Virus record (IMG/VR): IMGVR_UViG_3300027754_000034
Location: 62,001-126,000 of that record
Reading direction: 5' to 3' (one strand)
DNA: 64,000 nt
Shown: positions 1 through 10,585 of the stretch, one piece after another
How the letters are laid out: every line of letters begins with the position of its first letter
How positions within the stretch are numbered: position 1 is the stretch's first letter
Program-made: the position numbers and the translations under genes
The notes under the pieces: model-generated
Seen by the model: only the letters and a program-made list of their open reading frames with translations
The model's database searches: none
Told to the model about the DNA's origin: nothing

Positions 1-1
1 T

Positions 2-3000
2 GTCGGTGAAACATCTACCATAGAAATAATCAGTACTAGTGATTTCGATGGGGAAAGAACCCTAGGACTTCCCATTGGTCTATATAAGGGCTGGGAACTG
101 TGTAGAGTCGTTGGTGCAGAAATACAAATAGACCCGCCATCACCATCCGTTATATATGAAATATCGGCTGGAGGTACGGCCATTCTTCCGTTAGGTCTTA
201 CTTCTTATCCAGTTAGTCCTATTAAGACTACTATTGTCAACAGATTCATAAAGTCAGAGTTTCCTTATTACGATTCGAAAGTACCTAGCACTAATGCTAT
301 TTCTATACTAATTCCGGAATTAATGGAAGCCGGAGATATTCCGGATAATATTTTTACTAAAGAACGTTTTGCTGATCTTGTATCACCTAATTCTTATAAA
401 TACCCCCTTGCTGTAGATAACACGAATGCTGCTAGATTCGGGCAACAAGCCCGTTATGGCCTAGACGGTTATATTCAACCTGAGACTCTTCCCTATGACC
501 TAGGAAGCGTAAAGGTAGGGAAGTTCATATTTAATATAAATAGCGCTTCTTTATTGATGTTCGAATATACAAAAAATGGTCAGGATCTATTCATAGAGGC
601 TTTTAATGCAGGAAATCCTTCAGTACGTCATTATGTAATTGACGATCAAGCTGAAAATCCTGGTTATTTAATAACTGTAAATGTAGAGAAAACCGCAGCG
701 AACACTTACACACCAGATGTAGACCCTGACCCTTCCACCATCCTAGAACTTTCGGATAGATTCTTGGGTTATAGCATCAGGAATATTAATTCTGGAGCTT
801 ATACACTAGGTGTCCATGACTTTACACTGTTAGGAGACATAACCTCTGACTCTAGAACTCTTCAATTCGGATTAGCGACTTTATTATACTGGAAAACAGG
901 TCCGGCAAATATTTTTGATGAAAACATATTTAATACCCCGGGCGCAGATATAGTTAAGTTTACTAGTCCCTTAGCAGATAATGAAGGTGACAGTGCGATC
1001 CGCCTCGCAGATAAGATTACCTCTAATAGTACGATATTTTCAATACTTAATGCTAGATTAGAAGTCACATGTGGTGATGGAATAAATTCATATGGAGATT
1101 TCAACGGTTCTGACGCCATTTTTAAAGCTTGGCAGTATTTACATAATGATCCCGCAGATGAAAGACCTGTCGTAATCAAGATTAAAGAAGGCACATATAC
1201 TAATGCTGTTACTCTGACATTCACACGCAGTGTGACTATTGAAGGAATAGCTAAGGATAAAGTATCCATAAATCGCACTACTCCAGGGGCTACTTTAAGA
1301 TTCTTTAATACTCCAACGAACGCAAAGACTGACGTTATCTTAAGAAACCTATCCATTCTTAGTAACGAAAATTTTTGCATTTATAGTCGCGCAAATTTAC
1401 TGGTAGAAAACTGCTATCTAAATAATATAGCTATATTCGGTAATCAAGAAAATGTAATGTCCTCCTACTTAGCTCGATTCAGTAATTGTGAAATAGGTGC
1501 TTCCTCCGGTCTAAATATTCATCACAATATACATTTAATTTACGAAAATGACCCTTTACTACCTGAAAAGATTCCGCTTCCTCCAGTAGTATTCGATAAC
1601 TGTCTGATAAATAATAGTGATACCATTGATATAGGACTACTTAGAATTGACGGATCGTTTGACTATTCTGAGTTTTCAGGTGTTTATTTTGATAAATGCG
1701 TAATACGACTTGGAACCTATAGTAATGTTATTGCGCCTGACGGCATAAATACGAAAGGATTTAGAACTGAATATAATACTGGCCTAGTCGAACTACATCC
1801 CAAAACAGACGTCAGGACTGGTCCAGGGTTAGTAATTCATGAACTCAGATATGATAAGTGCCGTATAGAAGCATTAGATCAAAAATCTTTGATAATACAA
1901 CTTACTGGGGATATAACCAGTAAAGAGCATGCAGATTATGCATCTCCTTCTGATTGGGGTAAAATTGAAAATTTGACATTTGATGGTACTGAAGTATATG
2001 CTCAACTTCAAGATGCACTTGAAAAAAGACTAGCCTATTTCTCTATTGGAGCAGGTGTAAAGAGTTTAAATATACTAAATACTAATTTTTATCCTTTGAC
2101 TGTGGGGGACTTGGGATCTGTAGCTTATGTTCCAGAATGGTGGGTTTTTACCAATCCTTCAGTCAATATCACAAATGTCGGTAATCAAGATGTCAAAGCA
2201 AATATTTTAATAGGACCAAAGTCATATGTGATAAAAAACACTAAAATCAACAGTTTCCCTTGCAACTTAGGAAGTGGAGGGACAGATATGACCGACTCCT
2301 ACTTCTTGATTACTGAAAATGGTTTAGTAGAAGATTTAACGTACGAAGGCACAACTCCCCAAAAATCTAAGGGTAACGGTACCCTTAATAGACCTATTCA
2401 GCACATAATACGTGGGGTAAAAGACCTACTTAGTCCATACGTTATGGATTATTCAAAAATATCATTCAATCGGGTACTTTTGCGAGGAGCAAACATTACA
2501 GGTTTAGTTACACAGTGGGTTTGCGTATCTCCAGTGAAGATTACTGGAGATAACATAAACGTGAATGAGATGCAAATAGAAGAATGGATATCCGATAATC
2601 AAAGTAAAAGTATAGCGGCGATCGTATCTCACGGGAATGACATTAAAATCACTAATAGTAGATTTGCCGACACACAATCTGGGATCCATTTTGCAGGGAA
2701 TGGATCGGAAAACGTTAATGACAGTCCAAAAGAATCAGACAATATTACGGTTACGGGAAATTATGTAACATGTGGTAGTTACATAGGTGTTGCAAATCCT
2801 TCTAGCGGAATATTGTTCAATAACACAGGTTTTGATGCGACACAGATAAATATATCAGATAACTATGTAGTGAACATATCGTCAAATACCTTATTTGCAG
2901 GCATAAATTTGACAATACAAGAAAGACCCATTTTTCCTGATGTCTTAGTATTAAGAGACAACAATACCCCGACTTTGTTCTGTACCAACAATAAAGTCGA

Positions 3001-3793
3001 TGTTGGTTTCTCAAATATTAAATATTCCTATCGCATAAGACCTGCACAACAAAATTCCGCTTTTTCTACTACTCTCACTCCTGGTGCTGTTATATATGGG
3101 AATATAGGCGTTGTAAATAGAGGCACCATCTTAGTTCCCGACAATGCAAAATTCAATATAGCGGCATGGCAGACCCAACCAGTGCCACAGTATACGGCAA
3201 TTACAAAGTATAACGATAAATTTGGTAAAATTATTGGAGCCGAAACCGATAATCAATCGGTGATTCATGAAGCTAGACAGACCGCCAATGCTATTTTGAC
3301 TCCGAACGTAGAGCACAGATTTGGAATTCCTATCTCGGTGTTTAATCTTCCAAATAGATGGACTGTGAATTTAGATACAAATATTCAGATCACAGCTATT
3401 CCAACCGACATTTCAGATGTGTCTCTGGACTGGCAGTTTGCGATTCGTTTATACTACTCCTTTGATAATGCAGCGTGGAACATACTTCCTGATACCTATA
3501 TATTTGTTGGACCTTATGAATCTCGGGAAAAAAATCCTCCTGTACCGGCACCATTAAATTGGGTGCCATTTAATATCAATGTAAATATTCCTGGGTTTTT
3601 AGAAAACTTAGCAGTGGATCATGACAGGATATATTTTGACGTGGCAGTGATGGCCATGCCCATAGAACTAGATACCATATATAATGATATTGACGTCACT
3701 GTCAGTTATTCTGGTAATATCAGAGCTCCTCTAAAAGATTATGTTAGTGGAGCTAGAATGCTGAATAACAACTGCATGTTGATTACTCCTTGA
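2..3793 (+). CDS. Large virion/tail protein with pectin-lyase-like right-handed beta-helix region (5' end lies before the window)
   Basis: The frame of ORF 323..3793 is open back to position 2. IKIKEGTY...LTFTRSVTIEG entry motif, followed by N/I/T-rich beta-helix repeats (ITVTGNYV, INISDNYV). Confidence 0.65.
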   Translation, partial: VGETSTIEIISTSDFDGERTLGLPIGLYKGWELCRVVGAEIQIDPPSPSVIYEISAGGTAILPLGLTSYPVSPIKTTIVNRFIKSEFPYYDSKVPSTNAISILIPELMEAGDIPDNIFTKERFADLVSPNSYKYPLAVDNTNAARFGQQARYGLDGYIQPETLPYDLGSVKVGKFIFNINSASLLMFEYTKNGQDLFIEAFNAGNPSVRHYVIDDQAENPGYLITVNVEKTAANTYTPDVDPDPSTILELSDRFLGYSIRNINSGAYTLGVHDFTLLGDITSDSRTLQFGLATLLYWKTGPANIFDENIFNTPGADIVKFTSPLADNEGDSAIRLADKITSNSTIFSILNARLEVTCGDGINSYGDFNGSDAIFKAWQYLHNDPADERPVVIKIKEGTYTNAVTLTFTRSVTIEGIAKDKVSINRTTPGATLRFFNTPTNAKTDVILRNLSILSNENFCIYSRANLLVENCYLNNIAIFGNQENVMSSYLARFSNCEIGASSGLNIHHNIHLIYENDPLLPEKIPLPPVVFDNCLINNSDTIDIGLLRIDGSFDYSEFSGVYFDKCVIRLGTYSNVIAPDGINTKGFRTEYNTGLVELHPKTDVRTGPGLVIHELRYDKCRIEALDQKSLIIQLTGDITSKEHADYASPSDWGKIENLTFDGTEVYAQLQDALEKRLAYFSIGAGVKSLNILNTNFYPLTVGDLGSVAYVPEWWVFTNPSVNITNVGNQDVKANILIGPKSYVIKNTKINSFPCNLGSGGTDMTDSYFLITENGLVEDLTYEGTTPQKSKGNGTLNRPIQHIIRGVKDLLSPYVMDYSKISFNRVLLRGANITGLVTQWVCVSPVKITGDNINVNEMQIEEWISDNQSKSIAAIVSHGNDIKITNSRFADTQSGIHFAGNGSENVNDSPKESDNITVTGNYVTCGSYIGVANPSSGILFNNTGFDATQINISDNYVVNISSNTLFAGINLTIQERPIFPDVLVLRDNNTPTLFCTNNKVDVGFSNIKYSYRIRPAQQNSAFSTTLTPGAVIYGNIGVVNRGTILVPDNAKFNIAAWQTQPVPQYTAITKYNDKFGKIIGAETDNQSVIHEARQTANAILTPNVEHRFGIPISVFNLPNRWTVNLDTNIQITAIPTDISDVSLDWQFAIRLYYSFDNAAWNILPDTYIFVGPYESREKNPPVPAPLNWVPFNINVNIPGFLENLAVDHDRIYFDVAVMAMPIELDTIYNDIDVTVSYSGNIRAPLKDYVSGARMLNNNCMLITP

Positions 3794-3811
3794 TTTAGTG
3801 TATTTTTGCGG

Positions 3812-5872
3812 ATGGACTCCGATAGTTTAAACCATCTTCGAGAAATACGCAAGTTAACGAATCCTAGTATAAAACATTCTAGTTATCTTAAGTCGTATTA
3901 CCAAGATAATGGCGGCATTTCTCATACAATAAAAATTCGTGATTATCAGGTGATTGGAGTAATGAATATGCTTCAATCACCTAAAATGATTTTGGCGGAT
4001 GATACTGGACTTGGAAAGACTCTCCAGGTACTAAACACTATCGGATATATTTGGTTAAAGGAACCAGAATATCTTCCCATTGTCGTTACTACAAAATCAG
4101 CGCTGTTTCAATGGGAGGCTGAATGTCGTAAATTCATGCAAAATATGGAACCACTAACTGTTAGTGGAGAGCCGCATGAAAGGAACAAAGGGTACCTGGA
4201 ATTCTTTTCTGAATCAGACGGAAAAAGGGTGCTTCTACTAACATATGACTCTCTTGTACGAGATATTGATTCTGCTATTGTTAAAGATAAAGGTGTAAAA
4301 GCGGACCCAAAAGATAGAAAATTATTAAAAGAAGCTAAGAAGAATGAAAAGATAATAAAGGAGGGTCATGATTCTTTGGAATCTGCTCTTAAGGACATAA
4401 CAGACTCTGGGACGTTCAATACGCTGGAGTATGTATTTGGTCGGACAAATGGTAAATCATTAAGTATTCCACCTGATTGGTCTAAGAAGCAAGAGGAACT
4501 ATTAAAGGAGTTTATCGAACAAAAGAAAGCATTGAAAGATATTCGGAATGAAATAAAGAAATTAAACGACAAAATCGCTCCTCCTATGAGAACGGAGGGT
4601 ATCCTGGATTTAATGACTGCACTTAAAGAAAGAAATCCTAATTTAAAATATATGATTGCATTGGACGAAGTCCATAAAATAAAAAATCATAAAAGTCAAG
4701 TACACGAGAAGATAAAAGAGATATCCGATATCTGCGATAGGGTCATAGGAATGACTGCTACTCCTGTTAAAAACAGGCTCATGGAATTTTATGGGATATT
4801 CCGTGTGATTAATCCTAGTTTATTTTCGAAGGTAGGAATATTTCAAAATGAATATTGTGTAGTGAAATTACAAAAAATTCCGGGAGGAAGACAGGTACCG
4901 ATAATAGTAGGTTATAAAAATTTAGATAAATTCGTGGAGAAGATTGAGCCATATTTTCTTTCTCGTAAAAAACAAGATGTGGCTAAAGAACTTCCTGAGT
5001 TAATATCGGTTGAAGTTCAGTGTGAACTTTCCGATATTCAAGATGATTTATATGATATGGCTGAAAATGGTGTGGGTAACATAAATGATGATGACGATTT
5101 TAGTGATATTTTATCCAGTTTGGTGATGTGTCAGCAAGCAGTAGATGCACCATCTCTCATTTTAGATGAAGAAGGAAAACCATTCGCAGGAACGAGTACG
5201 AAATTAGACATCCTGATAGATATGCTGGAGGGTGATATATCTGGCAGGAAAGTCATTATTTTTAGTAGATTTGAAAAAATGATAAGCGTAGTCGATACTG
5301 AATTAAAAAAGAGGAATATAAACTATGTAAGAATTACTGGCAAGGAAACTGATCCCAAATATAGACAGAGTGCCCGTGAAAAATTCCAGGACCCAGATTC
5401 AAGTATAAATGTGATTTTGATCACAATGGCAGGTTCTGAGTCTCTAAATCTCCAAGCAGCGGAACACTTTATCTTCTTGGATTTACCTTGGAGTTATGGA
5501 GACTACCTTCAATTAATTGGTCGAATGATACGAATTGGTTCTAACCATTACACGGTAGTGGCTCACCATTTCTTAGGTAAAAGGAAAAATGGTGAGAATA
5601 CTATAGACCACCATGTTCTAAAAGCTCTACAGTCTAAAAAGAAGTTGGCTGATAAAGTTTCGGGTGACTCTCTCAAGGATGGGTTAAAACTAGATAGTCA
5701 GGATGCAGTCCAAGACATATTGCAGTCTTTTAGAAGTCGTGGGGCTTCTAGTGCTCACAAACCCATTGTAAAACATATGCAGAAAAAAATTACTATTAAG
5801 CGGGTCATAAATTCGAAAACATTAGAAAAAGACGTTATAGAGTCTCTAGAGATAGACCTTTCTGATATTTAG
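3812..5872 (+). CDS. SNF2/SWI2-family helicase
   Basis: LADDTGLGKT (motif I), DEVH (II), MTATP (III), SESLNLQ, QLIGRMIRIG (VI). The ATG at 3812 is preferred over the TTG at 3806. Confidence 0.93.
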   Translation: MDSDSLNHLREIRKLTNPSIKHSSYLKSYYQDNGGISHTIKIRDYQVIGVMNMLQSPKMILADDTGLGKTLQVLNTIGYIWLKEPEYLPIVVTTKSALFQWEAECRKFMQNMEPLTVSGEPHERNKGYLEFFSESDGKRVLLLTYDSLVRDIDSAIVKDKGVKADPKDRKLLKEAKKNEKIIKEGHDSLESALKDITDSGTFNTLEYVFGRTNGKSLSIPPDWSKKQEELLKEFIEQKKALKDIRNEIKKLNDKIAPPMRTEGILDLMTALKERNPNLKYMIALDEVHKIKNHKSQVHEKIKEISDICDRVIGMTATPVKNRLMEFYGIFRVINPSLFSKVGIFQNEYCVVKLQKIPGGRQVPIIVGYKNLDKFVEKIEPYFLSRKKQDVAKELPELISVEVQCELSDIQDDLYDMAENGVGNINDDDDFSDILSSLVMCQQAVDAPSLILDEEGKPFAGTSTKLDILIDMLEGDISGRKVIIFSRFEKMISVVDTELKKRNINYVRITGKETDPKYRQSAREKFQDPDSSINVILITMAGSESLNLQAAEHFIFLDLPWSYGDYLQLIGRMIRIGSNHYTVVAHHFLGKRKNGENTIDHHVLKALQSKKKLADKVSGDSLKDGLKLDSQDAVQDILQSFRSRGASSAHKPIVKHMQKKITIKRVINSKTLEKDVIESLEIDLSDI

Positions 5873-5898
5873 TAGATGAAGGGTCGGTATTGTACATC

Positions 5899-6492
5899 AT
5901 GAGACCAAAACTTGCAGACTTGTTTAATAAATACGGTAGCGATAAGTCAATAAATGGATATGCTCCGTTATATCGCACTCTATTTGAGGACATGCGGTCA
6001 AAGCACATAGATTTTATGGAAATAGGGATCGGTACAATGATTCCCGGAGCGAGTTCGTCCATGGTTGGTTATGCCTTACCGGGTTATGCGCCTGGCGGTT
6101 CATTGAGAGCTTGGAGAGATTACTTCGATAATGGCCGGGTATATGGAGTGGACATAGCTCCTGACACGCAGTTTTCAGAGGAAAGAATCACTACTTATTT
6201 ATGCAATTCGACAGATATTGGAGAAGTTGACTCCTTGATCCAAAAGAATGACGTTCCGCAAATGGATGTTATTCTTGATGATGGATGTCATGCTTCTGAG
6301 AGCCAGATCGCCACTCTTAAGAATCTGTGGCCGTTGTTACGAGCTGGCGGCATATACGTGATTGAAGACATATTTCCCGGAAGTGCCACGTCTTCTAATC
6401 CAGACCTTATAAAATCTGTGGTAGGTGATGAGGACTTCTTTTATGTCGGATTCCTAAATAATCAGTGTGTGATACGAAAAACGATTCGCTAA
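5899..6492 (+). CDS. Class I SAM-dependent methyltransferase (sugar O-methyltransferase-like)
   Basis: KYGSDK N-terminus, EIGIG, GGSLRAWRDYF, YGVDI, DVILDDGCH, GGIYVIED. Confidence 0.85.
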   Translation: MRPKLADLFNKYGSDKSINGYAPLYRTLFEDMRSKHIDFMEIGIGTMIPGASSSMVGYALPGYAPGGSLRAWRDYFDNGRVYGVDIAPDTQFSEERITTYLCNSTDIGEVDSLIQKNDVPQMDVILDDGCHASESQIATLKNLWPLLRAGGIYVIEDIFPGSATSSNPDLIKSVVGDEDFFYVGFLNNQCVIRKTIR

Positions 6493-6526
6493 TCTAAATA
6501 TGTAGCTTGATGTAATATTTTTTCAT

Positions 6527-7408
6527 ATGCAAAAGTGCAGTTTTTGTTTTGGACTTGGGGTCATTGAAAAAGAAGGGAAATCTTTTGAATGTACATGTTC
6601 ATTTATTAAGCGAATATCAGCTTCGATGCCTTTATATATTCGCAAAGCCGAAATCAGGAAAGAACATCTAGAATTACCTATTCTAGAAATGATGCGCAAG
6701 CATATAATGGTAATAGCAAGTTGGGCTGACGGAAAGTCCATATTAAAAGGAATGATGATAGGTAATCCTTCGAAGTTAATAAAAGTGACTTCGGACAGAG
6801 AAATACGAGACGTATTCGTAGGGTCTAAATCCCGCGCAGCAAAGGGGGATGAAGATGGGAAAATATATAATAGTCTTGAAGACTTAATGGAACCTCCCGA
6901 CTTAATGGTTATAAGATTAAATGAATTATCCTATAAAAATAGAGCAGCATCAGGAGCACTTGAAGAGGCTATTAATTATAGAGTGGATAGGGATAAAGCT
7001 ACTTGGTTATTTTCAGACATGGACAAACCATTTACTATTGGCAGCTTTGCTTTCTCGGATTCTGTTTCGGATATGATTAAAACGTACTTTCTTACTTACA
7101 GAGTAAACAGGATTTTACCCACTAATTATAATAATGAAGATATTATTCCGATAGTCATAAACCAGGAAGTAACACCACTAATGTCAGTTTCAGTAACACC
7201 ACTAATGTCAGTTGCAATAACACAGGAAGGTACACCGAAGGTTTTTAACGAACCCGAAGAACCAGAAGCATCATCACCACATCTAGAACTAAAGGAAACC
7301 CAAAGGAAGCCTCGTATAAGGCCGTCCGAGGATGAAGATGCGGACGCGGGTCTTTCGATGTATGGGTCGGGAATATCTAGTGCGAAAAAGTTTAAGAGGA
7401 AGAACTGA
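6527..7408 (+). CDS. DnaC/IstB-like helicase loader-like protein (Zn-binding N-terminus, degenerate ATPase)
   Basis: CxxC-G-G...CxC N-terminus, PDLMVI and INYRVDRDKATW segments resemble the DnaC fold. Overlaps the DnaB start (TGATG). No canonical Walker A. Confidence 0.55.
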   Translation: MQKCSFCFGLGVIEKEGKSFECTCSFIKRISASMPLYIRKAEIRKEHLELPILEMMRKHIMVIASWADGKSILKGMMIGNPSKLIKVTSDREIRDVFVGSKSRAAKGDEDGKIYNSLEDLMEPPDLMVIRLNELSYKNRAASGALEEAINYRVDRDKATWLFSDMDKPFTIGSFAFSDSVSDMIKTYFLTYRVNRILPTNYNNEDIIPIVINQEVTPLMSVSVTPLMSVAITQEGTPKVFNEPEEPEASSPHLELKETQRKPRIRPSEDEDADAGLSMYGSGISSAKKFKRKN

Positions 7409-8916
7409 TGGAACGCATTATTAGATCAGTTTTTCAGGTAGGTAGTGCTCCTGATGCCGAAGAGGCACTCGCGAATTGGCATAAGTTAATTAGTCATAAA
7501 TTAGGGTTTTACGTAGAGGAAGATAAGAAAATATATGAGTATTTAGAAACATTCTATGAACAAATGTCTGCTCCTCCCGATTTCACTTTAATTCGGGAAT
7601 ACTTCGAGAAAAAGGATGATATTGAAGTCTGCAGCAGGCTAGACGAAATTAAATCTGTTCAGTTTTACATACGAACGAATTTTCTTTCGATAGTAAGATC
7701 TGAATTAGAACAACAGCAGGTCAAGTCGTTTATAATTGCATGTCGCGATGCATCAGTCATAGCCGAGCATGGACGAAATCTAGATAAACCAATAGAAGGT
7801 AAGAAGGTGCTTCGCGGAGTCCAAGACGCTACGGGCTTCATGTTTGATAAAATGTCAAATTTCTCCCACTTCGAATCTGGAGAAAAATTAGAAGGATTCA
7901 TAGAAGAAGACGCTGATGAGTTCTTAGATGAGTACAATATAACGACAAAGTCTGATTCATACAGCGGCAGGAATATCTTCGGAATGGAACCGGTCGATGC
8001 TGCAGGTGATGGCCATAAATCGGGAGAGTTATGGGTCCACTGCGCATACCCAGGAGAGTTAAAGACGACTCTCGCCTTAAACTATGCATATAATAATTCT
8101 TACCTTTTCGGAAAAAATATATTTTATGGTATTTTCGAAATGCCATATAAACAGTTAAGAAGGCAACTTTACGTACTACATAGTTCTCACGGTAAGTTCG
8201 TGACAGAATGGTACAGAGAGGACATAAAGGCTGGTAGACCCAATCCGTATGTTGGTCTGGATTACCGAAAAGTTAGAGACGGTAAATTAGATGAACTTGA
8301 TTTCGAAAGGCTAAAAGTCATAGCTCAAGATTTTCAAGCAAACAGCAAAGGGAAACTTTATGTATGGAGACCCCCAATGCAAGTCAGCGCAGAGGAGGTT
8401 AGGAAAAAGGCGGAAATGTTTCATAATAAATATGGATGTGACGGGATTATATTAGATAATATGGGTAATTTGAAACCAAAATACAGGACCAATGATTTCG
8501 TTACCATGATTAACTCGGTAGTAACCGAATGTCGATTTTTAGCACTGAATTTTGCCCGTGGAAATACGGTACCTGTATTAGGGTTATTCCACATGAATAG
8601 ACAAGGAAAACTCAGAGCCGATAAGGCTGATGGAAGATACGACAGTGCTGCTATCTCTTACGCTAACCAATTAGAAAAAGATGCTGACGTAATCACATAT
8701 ACTTATTTAAATGATCAATTAAGACAACAAGCGCAATTCTATATGGGATGTCTGAAGAATCGTGATAATCCAGTTTTCCCACAATTTGTAGGAAAAATTT
8801 TTTGGCTTAGTAAGAGAATGAGGCATCTGGAAACTGGGATGTTAAGCATGACTCAGGATAGAATCATGTCGGCTTCACAGCAGATTAGTTTCACGGCAGA
8901 AGATATGATTACTTAA
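7408..8916 (+). CDS. DnaB-like replicative helicase
   Basis: GELWVHCAYPGELKTT (Walker A), FEMP, IILDNM (Walker B), HMNRQG, LEKDADVI, LKNRD. Confidence 0.88.
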   Translation: MERIIRSVFQVGSAPDAEEALANWHKLISHKLGFYVEEDKKIYEYLETFYEQMSAPPDFTLIREYFEKKDDIEVCSRLDEIKSVQFYIRTNFLSIVRSELEQQQVKSFIIACRDASVIAEHGRNLDKPIEGKKVLRGVQDATGFMFDKMSNFSHFESGEKLEGFIEEDADEFLDEYNITTKSDSYSGRNIFGMEPVDAAGDGHKSGELWVHCAYPGELKTTLALNYAYNNSYLFGKNIFYGIFEMPYKQLRRQLYVLHSSHGKFVTEWYREDIKAGRPNPYVGLDYRKVRDGKLDELDFERLKVIAQDFQANSKGKLYVWRPPMQVSAEEVRKKAEMFHNKYGCDGIILDNMGNLKPKYRTNDFVTMINSVVTECRFLALNFARGNTVPVLGLFHMNRQGKLRADKADGRYDSAAISYANQLEKDADVITYTYLNDQLRQQAQFYMGCLKNRDNPVFPQFVGKIFWLSKRMRHLETGMLSMTQDRIMSASQQISFTAEDMIT

Positions 8917-8940
8917 GCTCTTGAATTTTTCGTAAAAAAT

Positions 8941-9594
8941 ATGGATGTGAACCTTCATAAAATAGCGTATAGATTAGCAAAAGTACGAGATATACATGGT
9001 AAGTTCAATATCAGTTATTTTAAATCCCTCAATGACCCTGGAAAGATAAATACATATCTTGAGGAATCTCTGGAAGAAATCGGCAGGTCTACTCGTGCGG
9101 TTTTTACCCTGACCAGTTCGAAAGTAGTCAAAGTAGCGACCAATGATAAAGATCTTCCTATAGGTATTTCGCAGAACGAATCAGAAGTAAATTTTTACAC
9201 TAATCCGCTAACTAAGCTCGTTAGTACGAAAATACTGGAGTACCACCCATCATTTTACTGGATCATATCCGAACTAGTAAAACCTATATCTGATAGTGAA
9301 TTTGAAAAATTTTCTGGTGGTACTCTATCAGATATTGATTATGTGGTTTTTAGAATGGAAGACGAGTCATTGTCGGCCCAGGATATTTTAAAATTAAAAA
9401 AAGAATCCTCCGAAGGATTTCCCCATGACGATTTTATCAAATTGTTAGGGGATCTTAAAGAATCAGGGATGAAACTTAATGACTTAGCTTTATCAAGCAG
9501 TTGGGGTAGGACTTCTTCTGGAAAAGTCGTACTACTTGACTACGGTCTCACCCCAGAATTAATGAAAAATATAGAAAAAAGACGCAAAGGTTAA
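8941..9594 (+). CDS. Protein-kinase-fold (APH/ePK-like) protein with N-terminal IA leader
   Basis: GRSTRAVF, KVVKVA, QNESE, NDL..SSWG, VVLLDYG (DFG-equivalent). Confidence 0.65.
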   Translation: MDVNLHKIAYRLAKVRDIHGKFNISYFKSLNDPGKINTYLEESLEEIGRSTRAVFTLTSSKVVKVATNDKDLPIGISQNESEVNFYTNPLTKLVSTKILEYHPSFYWIISELVKPISDSEFEKFSGGTLSDIDYVVFRMEDESLSAQDILKLKKESSEGFPHDDFIKLLGDLKESGMKLNDLALSSSWGRTSSGKVVLLDYGLTPELMKNIEKRRKG

Positions 9595-10097
9595 ACGTCT
9601 TTTTGGCCAAACACATAGCGTTTGGCCTTGGAAACCCTGTCTGCGGCTTCCGATAACGACTGATTAACCCACTGAGGTAATTCATCGTTCATATTAAGCA
9701 TTTCCATCAATTCTATTAAATCATGACACATATTCTTTACATTACTAAATGCCATATATGACACTGGACCACCATCTCTCGGATGTTCTCGCAAAATTAC
9801 ACTAGGATCCATCATGGCAGTGTTTTCTACAGTATCATAACTAGCCACATTAAGCTGATTCTGTATGGGATTTAGAAACTCACACCCACAATTTACGCAA
9901 CAATGAGGATTATGATTATGATGGTCACACTCTGCACATTCGTGGGTAGGATTCGGTAAATTTAAAAGATGTTTATCGAAATCTTCTCCTTCTATCACGA
10001 ACCGAAGACCACACTGAGTACAAGTAAGACAGTTATTATAGCAAGAATTATCACATTTTTTGCAGACTAAAAAACAGGATGGATCAAATATTATCAT
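9591..10097 (-). CDS. Hypothetical phage protein (Cys-rich N-terminus, LPQWV helical C-terminal domain)
   Basis: Several CxxC motifs. The C-terminal YMA...LPQWVNQSLSEAAD pattern recalls small domains seen in large phages. Confidence 0.6.
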   Translation of the reverse strand: MIIFDPSCFLVCKKCDNSCYNNCLTCTQCGLRFVIEGEDFDKHLLNLPNPTHECAECDHHNHNPHCCVNCGCEFLNPIQNQLNVASYDTVENTAMMDPSVILREHPRDGGPVSYMAFSNVKNMCHDLIELMEMLNMNDELPQWVNQSLSEAADRVSKAKRYVFGQKDV

Positions 10098-10148
10098 AGT
10101 CGCATTATCGATTAAAACGTTATAGATCCTTATTTCAGGATTTTTACT

Positions 10149-10550
10149 ATGGATAGTTACTTTATTGAGCGAATTGCTAGTGGTATATCTAGATCAGCCG
10201 GAATTCCTAAGAAGTATGATCATATAGATTTCAAGCCACCGAAATCTGTACAAAAAGCAGCCGAATCAGGTTTAAATATGAGAGGTGAATTCGGGAGAGG
10301 CGGTACTGAAGTTGGCGTTGCTAGAGCTAGAGATTTATCAAACGATACTCAGATAAGCCCTAAGACTGCTCGAAGAATGAAGGCGTATTTTGATCGCCAT
10401 GAAATTGATAAAAAAGGAAAAGGCTGGAGCCCCAGCGGGGAAGGATACCCAAGTGCAGGTCGAATAGCCTGGTTATTGTGGGGTGGTGATCCAGGAAGGT
10501 CTTGGGCAAATAAACTGGTAAAACAAATGAACGCAGCTGACGATAAATAG
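10149..10550 (+). CDS. Conserved phage head-associated protein (GGTxVG...AWxLWGG domain) with IA leader
   Basis: GGTEVGVARARDL, RMKAYFDRHE, GRIAWLLWGGDPGRSWA. Confidence 0.7.
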   Translation: MDSYFIERIASGISRSAGIPKKYDHIDFKPPKSVQKAAESGLNMRGEFGRGGTEVGVARARDLSNDTQISPKTARRMKAYFDRHEIDKKGKGWSPSGEGYPSAGRIAWLLWGGDPGRSWANKLVKQMNAADDK

Positions 10551-10585
10551 TAATAATAGGCCATTTATCTTAAGCTGTAAGTAGT

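Noticed and set aside
7168-7213. 24-bp duplication (VTPLMSVS/VTPLMSVA), and the 15-bp KEKAD repeat near 28031
   Set aside because: In-frame slippage duplications in disordered linkers; no evidence of function.
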